From Deltaproteobacteria bacterium (GTDB lineage Bacteria > Myxococcota > JACRCW01 > JAFGSX01): a DNA stretch of 51,142 nucleotides. Both the position numbers and the translations under genes were made by a program. Within the stretch, counting starts at the first letter, position 1. Each line of letters opens with the position of its first letter. A model generated the notes under the pieces. The model made no database searches, was not told the DNA's origin, and saw only the letters and a list, made by a program, of their open reading frames with translations. Location of the stretch: the NCBI GenBank assembly GCA_016934455.1, contig JAFGSX010000259.1:1-51142 (forward strand), given 5' to 3'. Shown piece by piece: positions 43,964 through 51,142 of this stretch.

Positions 43964-44115
43964 CGAAATCGGCTTGGATCGTTTCGGTGTGGGGGGCCAA
44001 GGCGACACTTTTTTCCGAGCCAGTGACCCTTGGAAATCCCCGACGAGGGACGAGGACAAAAAGGGTCGCCGATTAAGGCGGGGCCCCACCTGATGGTCGA
44101 TTCAAGCCGATTTCG
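43964..44115 (+). repeat. 18-nt inverted repeat (one G.U position) enclosing 116 nt of the intergenic region upstream of trxB
   Basis: cgaaatcggcttggatcg (43964-43981) pairs with cgattcaagccgatttcg (44098-44115). It starts 3 nt after the upstream stop and ends 22 nt before the trxB ATG. Confidence 0.6.
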
Positions 44116-44137
44116 AATAAAGGACAAGGGAGAGAGC

Positions 44138-45073
44138 ATGGGAGATCAGGTGCGCAACGTCATCATCGTCGGGTCAGGCCCGGCCGGCCTGACCGCGGCC
44201 ATCTACACCGGCCGCGCCAACCTGCAGCCGCTGGTGATCGAGGGCGCCCAGCCGGGCGGCCAGCTCATGATCACCACCGAGGTCGAGAACTTTCCGGGCT
44301 GGCCCGAGGGCATTCAGGGGCCGGAGCTGATGGCCAAGCTGCGCGAGCAGGCGGCCCGCTTCGGCGCCGAATTCGTCACCGCGGATGTCGTCGAGGTCGA
44401 TCTCAGGCACCGGCCGTTCACGGTCAAGACCGACAGCGCGGCCTTCCGCGGCCAGACCGTCATCGTCTCGACCGGCGCCACGGCCAACCTGCTCGACCTG
44501 CCCGAGGTGCCCAAGCTGATGGGGCGCGGGGTCTCGGCCTGCGCCACCTGCGACGGCGCCTTCTTCAGGAACCAGGACATCGTCGTCGTGGGCGGCGGCG
44601 ACAGCGCGATGGAGGAGGCCGGTTTTCTCACCCGCTTCGCCCGCACCGTCACCATCGTGCACCGCCGGGACGAGCTGCGCGCCTCCAAGATCATGGGCGA
44701 GCGCGTGCGCCAGAATCCCAAGATCGAGTTCGCGCTCTCCAGCACCATCGAGCGCATCCTCGGCGACCAGAGCGGCGTCACCGGCGTCGTGCTCAAATCG
44801 ACCAAGGACGGCCGCACCAGCGAGCTGCGGTGCAGCGGCGTCTTTTTCGCCATCGGTCACACGCCCAACACCGCGCTGTTCAAAGGCCAGCTCGGCCTCG
44901 ACGCCAAGGGCTACATCAAGACCCGGCCTGGCTCCAGCTACACCGAGGTCGACGGCGTCTTCGCCTGCGGCGACGTGCAGGACCCGACCTACCGCCAGGC
45001 CGTCACCGCGGCCGGCTCCGGCTGCATGGCGGCCATCGACGCCGAGCGCTGGCTCGAAGGGCACCGAGGCTGA
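44138..45073 (+). CDS. trxB: Thioredoxin-disulfide reductase
   Basis: GGGAGAGAG-c-[19 protein letters not shown] is the FAD motif, CATCDG the redox-active site, and [12 protein letters not shown] the NADPH motif. The protein is 311 aa. Confidence 0.9.
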   Translation: MGDQVRNVIIVGSGPAGLTAAIYTGRANLQPLVIEGAQPGGQLMITTEVENFPGWPEGIQGPELMAKLREQAARFGAEFVTADVVEVDLRHRPFTVKTDSAAFRGQTVIVSTGATANLLDLPEVPKLMGRGVSACATCDGAFFRNQDIVVVGGGDSAMEEAGFLTRFARTVTIVHRRDELRASKIMGERVRQNPKIEFALSSTIERILGDQSGVTGVVLKSTKDGRTSELRCSGVFFAIGHTPNTALFKGQLGLDAKGYIKTRPGSSYTEVDGVFACGDVQDPTYRQAVTAAGSGCMAAIDAERWLEGHRG

Positions 45074-45080
45074 TAACTTT

Positions 45081-45107
45081 GACCTCCTCGGTTGATCTGC
45101 GGAGGTC
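45081..45107 (+). promoter_or_regulatory. SD-sequestering hairpin: GACCUCC, 13-nt loop, GGAGGUC
   Basis: A perfect 7-bp inverted repeat. The 3' arm is the SD, 3 nt before ATG 45111. Confidence 0.45.
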
Positions 45108-45110
45108 GCC

Positions 45111-46739
45111 ATGCGTCGCCCATCTTCATTCGCGTTGCTCGTCGCCACCGTTCTCGCCGCCGGCTGCCCGAGCCAGGCCGCCGAGAAGGCCGCGGCCAAG
45201 ACCTGGAGCGGGCCGGCGCCGGCCGTGGTCGAGCGCAAGGTGTTCGGGCCGATCAAGGCCGGCTCCTGGTACCCCGGTTCGGCCGACGAGCTCAACGCCA
45301 TGCTCGACGGCTTCATGGCCAAAGCGCAGCCCCAGGCCCCGGCCGGTCGGGTGGTGGCGCTGGTCTCGCCCCACGCCGGATACCAGTGGTCCGGCCCGAC
45401 CGCGGCCCATGGTTACGCGCTGCTCAAGGGGCAGGCCTACCAGCGCGTGATCGTCATGGCGCCCAGCCACAGCACCGGCTTTGGCGGCTTCTGCGTGCTC
45501 GACGCCGAGGCGTACCGCACGCCGCTGGGCGAGATCCCGATCGACACCGCGGCCACCGCGTCGCTGCGGCGCGCCGCCGACCACCGCGATCCGCCGCGGG
45601 TCTGGGCCGACGAGCACGCGGTCGAGATGCAGCTCCCGTTTTTGCAGCGCGTGCTCAAACCGGGCTTCAGGCTGGTGGCGATGCTGGTCGGCGGCAACTC
45701 GAGCGACGACCAGTTGCAGCGGCTGGCCGACGCGCTGGCGGCGCTGGCCGACAGCCAGACCCTGGTCGTGGTGTCGTCGGACTTTACCCACTACGGCGCC
45801 AATTTCGGCTACCTCCCTTTCACCGACAACGTGGCCAAGAGGCTGCGCAGCGACCTGGCGGTGCCGGCGACCGACGCGATCGTGAGGCTGGACCTGGCCG
45901 CGTTTGAGGCCCACCTCAAGAAGACCGACGACACCATCTGCGGCCGCGAGCCGATCAAGGTGCTGCTGCGGATGAAGCCCAACGCCACGGCCAAGCTGCT
46001 GGCGCTGCAGACCTCGGGCGACCAGACCGGCGACTACCGCAGCAGCGTCAGCTACGCCGCGATCGCCTTCGTCGACGAGAAGAACGCGGCGCGCGCCTTT
46101 GCCGCCGGCGCCGGCGGCGACCTGGCGCCGTCCTCCAAGCCCGTTTTCCGGCCCTCGGACAGCGGCCTCACCAGCGACGAGAAGAAGGCTCTGCTGTCGA
46201 TCGCGCGCGCCTCGCTCACCGACCACTTGACCAAGGACGGTTCGCTCAAGAAGCTGGGGTCCACGCTCAAGTTGACGCCGGGCCTGCTGCTCGAACGGGG
46301 CGCCTTCGTCACCATCAACCTCAAGACCAAGAACCGCGAGGGCGTGCCCGAGCTGCGCGGCTGCATCGGCCACATGACGCCGACCGCCAGGCTGCACGAG
46401 CAGATCGCCGGGCTGGCGATCGACGCCGGCACCCGCGACCCGCGCTTTTCACCGATGACCGCGGCCGAGCTCAAGAACGTCGATTTCGAGATCTCGATCC
46501 TGTCGCCGATGCAGCCGGTCAACTCATACCGCGACATCGTCATCGGCAAGCACGGCATGACACTCGAGAAGAGCGGCCGCCACGCCGTCTTTCTGCCACA
46601 GGTGGCGCCCGAGTGGGGGTGGGATCTGCCGACCACGCTGACCCACCTGGCGCGAAAGGCGGGCCTGGCCGGCGACGCCTGGCAGGAGGGAGCCCGCTTC
46701 CAGGTCTTCACCGCCGACGTCTTCGGCGAGGCCGAGTAG
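45111..46739 (+). CDS. Memo (AmrB-like) / AMMECR1 (AmrA-like) fusion protein with a lipoprotein-type signal peptide
   Basis: The signal is MRRPSSFALLVATVLAAGC. Memo motifs: AGSWYPG, SPHAGYQWSG, DEHAVEMQLPFL, SSDFTHYG, ICGREPI. AMMECR1 motifs: LRGCIGH, DPRFSP, EISILS, GKHG, FLPQVAPEWGW. Confidence 0.85.
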   Translation: MRRPSSFALLVATVLAAGCPSQAAEKAAAKTWSGPAPAVVERKVFGPIKAGSWYPGSADELNAMLDGFMAKAQPQAPAGRVVALVSPHAGYQWSGPTAAHGYALLKGQAYQRVIVMAPSHSTGFGGFCVLDAEAYRTPLGEIPIDTAATASLRRAADHRDPPRVWADEHAVEMQLPFLQRVLKPGFRLVAMLVGGNSSDDQLQRLADALAALADSQTLVVVSSDFTHYGANFGYLPFTDNVAKRLRSDLAVPATDAIVRLDLAAFEAHLKKTDDTICGREPIKVLLRMKPNATAKLLALQTSGDQTGDYRSSVSYAAIAFVDEKNAARAFAAGAGGDLAPSSKPVFRPSDSGLTSDEKKALLSIARASLTDHLTKDGSLKKLGSTLKLTPGLLLERGAFVTINLKTKNREGVPELRGCIGHMTPTARLHEQIAGLAIDAGTRDPRFSPMTAAELKNVDFEISILSPMQPVNSYRDIVIGKHGMTLEKSGRHAVFLPQVAPEWGWDLPTTLTHLARKAGLAGDAWQEGARFQVFTADVFGEAE

Positions 46740-46756
46740 CGGCGTAACCGGTCAAG

Positions 46757-46773
46757 CGGCCGGCCCGGCCGCG
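46757..46773 (+). terminator. GC hairpin GCGGCC-(ggccc)-GGCCGC after the fusion gene; no U-tract
   Basis: Read from the sequence. It lies 18 nt after the stop at 46739. Confidence 0.25.
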
Positions 46774-46818
46774 CGCAAAGGCGTGGGCACCGCCGGCGCG
46801 CTGTGCTAGAAAGATCGC

Positions 46819-47997
46819 ATGCGCGACACCGATGACAAACAGATCCCGGCCTGCAGCCCGTCGCTGCTGAGCCCGCGGCTGGTCGAGCAGATCCGCGAGC
46901 TGGCCGCGCGCTGCGATGGGCCGTTCTACGTCTACGACCAGGCGGCCATCGAGCAGAACTGCCGCGACTTCCTGGCCATCCCTTACGCAGACAAGAGCAT
47001 CCACTTCGCGTCGATGGCCAACTCGACCCGCCGCTTTCTCGAGATCGTGCGCGGCGCCGGTCTGCAGATCTTTGTCAACTCCCCCGGCCACCTGGCGCTG
47101 GCGCGCGAGATCGGCTTTGCCGGCCAGCAGATCGTCTACACCTCGTCGGCGATGGACGACGGGCTGCTGCGGCTGGCGCACGACGCCGGCGCCATCGTCA
47201 ACCTCGACTCGATGGGCCAGCTCGCGGCGTGGCGCCGGCTTTTCGGCGACGAGCCGGTGGGCATCCGCTGCAACATCGGCGAGCTGGTCGAGCCGCGGCC
47301 GACGCTCGCCGGCTACTTCCTGGGCAAGCAAAGCAGGCTCGGCCTGACCGTCGACGAGATCGAGTCGCTCGCCGGCCAGCACGGCATCGCCGGACTGCAC
47401 GTCTACGTCGGCACCGACATCCTCGATCTCGGCTACTTTCGCGACTGCTACCAGCAGCTCGCCCGGCTGACCAAGCTGTTCCCCGCGCTCCGGTTCGTCG
47501 ACTTCGGCGGCGGCTTTGGCCTGCCGCACAACAGCGACGCGCCGTTCCCGATCGAGCAGTATCGGGACCTGGTGACGGAGCTGATGACCCGGCTGTCGAA
47601 CGAGCTGGGCCGCTCGATCCGCCTGCTCCTCGAGCCCGGCCGCATCATCGGCGGCGCGGCCGGCTTCTTCGTCTGCCGGGTCACCGACGTCAAGCTGCGC
47701 GGCGACTGGCAGCTCATCGGCCTCGACGCCTCGTCCACCCAGTTCCCGCGGCCGCTCTTCTACCCCGCGGACGCCCGACATCCGGTGACGCTGCTCGACG
47801 CAGCGGATCGGAGCGTGACGCTGCGCTCGTCGCTGTACGGCTGCTCGACCTACTCGCGCGACTTCTTGGCGCGCGATCTCCAGCTCCCGGCGACACGCAT
47901 CGGCGACCTGGTCGTGCTCGGCCAGGCCGGCAGCTACTGCGCCACCGCCTTCACCCATTTTCTCGGCTTCGAGCCAGCGACCGAGTTTTTCGTCTAA
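46819..47997 (+). CDS. Orn/DAP/Arg decarboxylase-fold (group IV, alanine-racemase-fold) protein lacking the PLP-binding lysine
   Basis: PFYVYD.., ..FGGGFGLP.., ..LLEPGRIIGG.. and ..LYGCSTYSRDFL.. align with E. coli LysA as I remember it. The FAQKACSN position reads FASMANST here. Confidence 0.8.
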   Translation: MRDTDDKQIPACSPSLLSPRLVEQIRELAARCDGPFYVYDQAAIEQNCRDFLAIPYADKSIHFASMANSTRRFLEIVRGAGLQIFVNSPGHLALAREIGFAGQQIVYTSSAMDDGLLRLAHDAGAIVNLDSMGQLAAWRRLFGDEPVGIRCNIGELVEPRPTLAGYFLGKQSRLGLTVDEIESLAGQHGIAGLHVYVGTDILDLGYFRDCYQQLARLTKLFPALRFVDFGGGFGLPHNSDAPFPIEQYRDLVTELMTRLSNELGRSIRLLLEPGRIIGGAAGFFVCRVTDVKLRGDWQLIGLDASSTQFPRPLFYPADARHPVTLLDAADRSVTLRSSLYGCSTYSRDFLARDLQLPATRIGDLVVLGQAGSYCATAFTHFLGFEPATEFFV

Positions 47998-48064
47998 TCT
48001 CTCGGCACCGCAGCCCTGGGGGACCACAATCGCAGAGCTGATCATCATCGTTGTCCTGGCGACC

Positions 48065-51000
48065 TTGATCTTCTCGATCATCGGATTCGTCGTCACCCTG
48101 CAGAAGATCTTCGGAATCCGACCCGCGCCGGCGGTCGTCCCGCTGTCGCGACGAAAGAAGCTCGAGCTGGTCGAGGAGGTGCTCCGCGACCGCATGCCGG
48201 ATGACCTGAAGCGCGAGCTGGCGAGATGGCGCGGCCAGCCGTCGCCGGCGGTCTCGAGCACCGCAGCGGCCATCCCCGACGGGGCCGCAGACGAGGCGGC
48301 CCCTCAGTCGGCGGCAGCGGAGGTCGCGCTGACAGCGGAGGTCGCGCTGACAGCGACGGTAGCCCCTGGCGGCGAGGCCGCCGCCGCGCTCGACGTCGAT
48401 GTCGCGCTGTTGGCCGACGACCGACCGCTGCCCGTCAGCGACGAGGTAAAGGCGATCGCCGCCGCCGCCCACCCCGGCCTGCGCGCCTTTCTCTCGTTCG
48501 AGAACATCATATTCTCGCTCTCCTCGATCCTGATCCTCGGCGGCACGCTCTACTTTGCGGCCATCACCTGGAGCCAGGTGCCGGGCAACTGGCAGTACTT
48601 CTTCGTCGAGGCGATGACCGGCTTTTATGGCTCGATGATGCTGGTGGGCGCCTGGCTGTTGGTGCAGCGGCTGGGTTTGGAGAGCGCCGGCCGCATTCTC
48701 ACCGCGATCGCGTGCGGCGTGAGCGCCGTCTGCGCGGTCATCGCGGCCGCCGCCTTTGAGCAGTCCGCGGCCGCCGGACTGCTCGGATGCGCCCTCGCCA
48801 GCGGCATCGCCTGCTGGGCGGCGTCGGCGTTTGCCCGGCTCCAAAGGCAGACGAGTTCGACGGCATGGGCTTTTGCCGCCGCCGTCGGCCTGGTTGGCCT
48901 GGCCGGCGGTCTGGCCGAGCTGCGCGGCGGGATCGGGGTCGGCGCTTGCCTGCTGGCCGCCAGCGCCCTGATCGGCGGGATATTCGTCGGCCGAGCATCT
49001 GCGCCGAGGACGACGCATCTGGTGGTGGCGCTCGCCGTGCCGACGGTAAGTTTTTTGCTGCTCGCGGCGCGCCCGATCGAGCTGCAGATGATCGCTCCGG
49101 CACTCGCCGCGCTGGCGTGGGCCGGGCTGGATCTGCGCCGCGCCGACCGGCGCTGGGCCACACCGCTCACCATGGCGCTGGTCGCGGCAGCAGCGATCCT
49201 GGCGTTGCCGTCCATCGGGGCGGTGGCGGTCGCCGCCTGCGCCGGCATCGCGGCCTGCTGGCGCTGCTCGCAACCGCTGGACGCCAGCGCCGACGACGCG
49301 CGGCGCTCGCGGCCGGTGCTCGTCGCCGCTGGCCTGGCCGCCGCGCTGTGGGTGGCGCTCGCCATGATCTGGGCGCCCGCGATCGGCTCCGCCTTTCCGC
49401 ACTGGCTCAAGCAGTGGTTCGTCGACCTGATCACGAGCCCGGGAGAGCGCGTCGCCGCGTCTTGGGACGGGCTGGCCGCATTGCCGTCCATGGCGCTCGC
49501 GCTCTGGCTCGCCGACCGGCTGCGCCGAGAAGAGGACCGTCGCGCTCTGATCGTCGAGCTCGCAGCCTGGGTCACCCTCGCCTTGACGGTGGCCGCCTCG
49601 CTCGCCACGCTGCAACGCCAGCCGGTGCCGACCGCGATCATCCTGGGGCTCTGCTGTGCCCTCTGGTACGGCTGGGGTTGGCGACGCGCGACGGCGGCGC
49701 GCTGGAGCGGCGCCCACCTGGCGCTGCTGTTCGTTGCCGGCGCCAGCGGATACGCCGGCGGCCCGCATCTGGCCTGGATCAGCGTCGCGATCGTCGCGCT
49801 CGCGCTGTTCGCGGTCGCCGGCAAGAGCGGCCGCATCGTCGGCGTGTTCGCGTTGCCGATCGCGGTGCTCGCGGCGCTGGTCGAGGGCCATCTCCAGGGC
49901 AGCGGCGCGGCGCTATTGCTCGCGCTCTATGGCGCGCTCGCGGTCTGGCAACTCCGACCTCCCAGGCTCTCCTGGGTCTCGCCGTTCGGGCCACCGGCGC
50001 TGCTGGCCGCCCTGCAGATCGCGCTCTATTTCGAGTCGAGCGAACAGGCGGCATTGCTCGATGCGCGCTATTTCTTGCTGACGCTGGCGGGCGGGGTCGC
50101 CGTGGCGAGCGGCATCGTGGCGTTGCGGCGCGGCCCGCTCTTTCTTCACGCCGAGATCAACGCCGCCGCCGCCGCGCTCGTGTTTTTCGGCACCGCGGTG
50201 GCCACGGGCTTCGAGCGCGGCTCCATCGACGCCGCGATCAACGCCAGCGCCGCCGCCGTGGTGCTGCTGGGCGCGCTGGTCGCTGCGCGCGCGGCCGCGG
50301 GATTCCGGGCGCGGCTCGCCTGGGCGATCACCATGTTCGCCCTGCCCTGGCCAGCCATCTTCCTGACCGACTGGATCATGGGCTGGCCAGGCGCCCTGAT
50401 CGCGGCGCTCGGGCTGGTGGCGCTGGCAGCGGTGTCGCGGCGAGAGCAGAGCAGTTGGCTGGCGGGCGTCGGTTTGGGCGAGGGGCTGATCGCCGCGCTC
50501 TGGGCGACCCTGGCGGTGGCCGAGGTATTTTCGACCGGCGGCGGCGAGGAGCGGGTGTTGACCGCGCTCGCCTTGGCCGCGGTTCTGTACGGCGGCGCCG
50601 TCGCCGCTCTGGGCGAGCGCCTGACCGCGGCCAGCGACCGCCTGGTGCGCGGCTTTGCGCTCGCCTGCCTGGCGCTGGCGCTGCTGCTCGGGGCCGCCGG
50701 CATCGGCCTGGTCGACGAACCCGACACCGTCGACGTCGCGCTGGCCGTCGCCGCGCTGATCGGCGTCGGGCTGTTCTCGGTCCAGTTGGCGCTGCGCGAC
50801 GGCGCTGGTTGGCCGGTCTTACTGGCCGAGACGGCGCTGGTCGTGCTCTACGGTTACCTGCGCGGCCGCACCGACTGGCTCGCTTTCTGCGATGACTACG
50901 ATGCGGTGGTGCTGGCCGTGTTGTCGTTTGCCTACCTGGGGCTGTCGCACTGGCTGGCCTCCACCCGCAGCGCGCTGGGCAGCAGAGAGAGCCTCCGCCT

Positions 51001-51142
51001 GGCCTCGCTGTTGCCGCTGGCGATACCGTTCGTCATGCAGTGGCACGGCGGGTTCGAGGATTCGTTCTCGCTGGTGCTGGCCAGCGTGCTGTATGTCGTG
51101 CTGGCTTTCCAGCAGAACAAGATGCGCTTTGGCTGGCTGGCC
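48065..51142 (+). CDS. Large polytopic membrane protein, 3'-partial (runs off the window); start undetermined
   Basis: It is not in the ORF track because there is no stop in the window. I translated the frame with codon starts at 48002+3n by hand, and it is open from 47348 to 51142. The third codon position is GC-rich. There are many hydrophobic helices (..IIFSLSSILILGGTLYFAAITW.., ..VVALAVPTVSFLLLAA.. and others). Candidate starts are TTG 48065, GTG 48179 and ATG 48194. Confidence 0.65.
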   Translation, partial: MIFSIIGFVVTLQKIFGIRPAPAVVPLSRRKKLELVEEVLRDRMPDDLKRELARWRGQPSPAVSSTAAAIPDGAADEAAPQSAAAEVALTAEVALTATVAPGGEAAAALDVDVALLADDRPLPVSDEVKAIAAAAHPGLRAFLSFENIIFSLSSILILGGTLYFAAITWSQVPGNWQYFFVEAMTGFYGSMMLVGAWLLVQRLGLESAGRILTAIACGVSAVCAVIAAAAFEQSAAAGLLGCALASGIACWAASAFARLQRQTSSTAWAFAAAVGLVGLAGGLAELRGGIGVGACLLAASALIGGIFVGRASAPRTTHLVVALAVPTVSFLLLAARPIELQMIAPALAALAWAGLDLRRADRRWATPLTMALVAAAAILALPSIGAVAVAACAGIAACWRCSQPLDASADDARRSRPVLVAAGLAAALWVALAMIWAPAIGSAFPHWLKQWFVDLITSPGERVAASWDGLAALPSMALALWLADRLRREEDRRALIVELAAWVTLALTVAASLATLQRQPVPTAIILGLCCALWYGWGWRRATAARWSGAHLALLFVAGASGYAGGPHLAWISVAIVALALFAVAGKSGRIVGVFALPIAVLAALVEGHLQGSGAALLLALYGALAVWQLRPPRLSWVSPFGPPALLAALQIALYFESSEQAALLDARYFLLTLAGGVAVASGIVALRRGPLFLHAEINAAAAALVFFGTAVATGFERGSIDAAINASAAAVVLLGALVAARAAAGFRARLAWAITMFALPWPAIFLTDWIMGWPGALIAALGLVALAAVSRREQSSWLAGVGLGEGLIAALWATLAVAEVFSTGGGEERVLTALALAAVLYGGAVAALGERLTAASDRLVRGFALACLALALLLGAAGIGLVDEPDTVDVALAVAALIGVGLFSVQLALRDGAGWPVLLAETALVVLYGYLRGRTDWLAFCDDYDAVVLAVLSFAYLGLSHWLASTRSALGSRESLRLASLLPLAIPFVMQWHGGFEDSFSLVLASVLYVVLAFQQNKMRFGWLA

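Noticed and set aside
43964-44115. Calling the inverted-repeat-bounded 152-nt element a MITE or mobile element
   Set aside because: There is no flanking target-site duplication, no second copy in this window, and no transposase. I left it as an unexplained structured region; see the findings.

Overview
This is a very GC-rich 51.1-kb window. Hand-counted 60-nt samples give about 75% GC in most genes and about 53-55% in tdh/kbl. I support about 31 CDS, 2 decayed genes, several coding tandem repeats and a handful of regulatory candidates. I saw no rRNA, tRNA, CRISPR array, integrase or transposase. The gene content suggests a Myxococcota-like genome, but that is inference only: many lipoproteins with D/A/P-rich linkers, Cys-rich secreted modules, a PEGA-tailed Ser/Thr kinase and an FHA-sigma54 activator.

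Map:
- (i) 22213->10, all on the minus strand: lipoprotein, a 33-aa Lys-rich microprotein, ADP-ribosylglycohydrolase, an FkbM-like protein, then a tightly coupled operon. The operon is a 1788-aa repeat protein, a 1941-aa thioester alpha-2-macroglobulin, a YfaP/DUF2135-like lipoprotein, a 52-Cys lipoprotein, PbpC and a CarboxypepD_reg lipoprotein. It is followed by a decayed DUF4143 ATPase and a DUF4382/Ig surface lipoprotein.
- (ii) 22.3-27.4 kb: a DUF2341 remnant, an intact DUF4143 ATPase, a Ser/Thr kinase plus a TPR-like membrane protein, and Phd/VapC.
- (iii) 27.6-35.1 kb: three glycan-type lipoproteins (beta-helix, DUF2341-LamG, pectate lyase) next to an FHA-sigma54 activator. Two sigma54-like promoters lie in front of two of these genes.
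- (iv) 35.1-36.0 kb: an HTH-MNT/HEPN pair with a near-consensus promoter and palindrome.
- (v) 36.1-39.8 kb: an operon of an EF-hand protein with a His/Cys dyad, a lipoprotein, and a Cys-rich YafK-like L,D-transpeptidase.
- (vi) 40.0-42.3 kb: low-GC, divergently arranged tdh/kbl.
- (vii) 42.4-51.1 kb: a LamG-like lipoprotein, trxB, a Memo-AMMECR1 fusion that appears to be exported, a DAP-decarboxylase-fold protein lacking the PLP lysine, and a >1000-aa polytopic membrane protein that runs off the window.

Best candidates for something undescribed:
- the composite A2M operon with its giant repeat partner;
- the Memo-AMMECR1 / Lys-less decarboxylase / giant membrane protein cluster;
- the EF-hand His/Cys protein plus L,D-transpeptidase operon.

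All family assignments come from motif recognition by eye. No database search was run.
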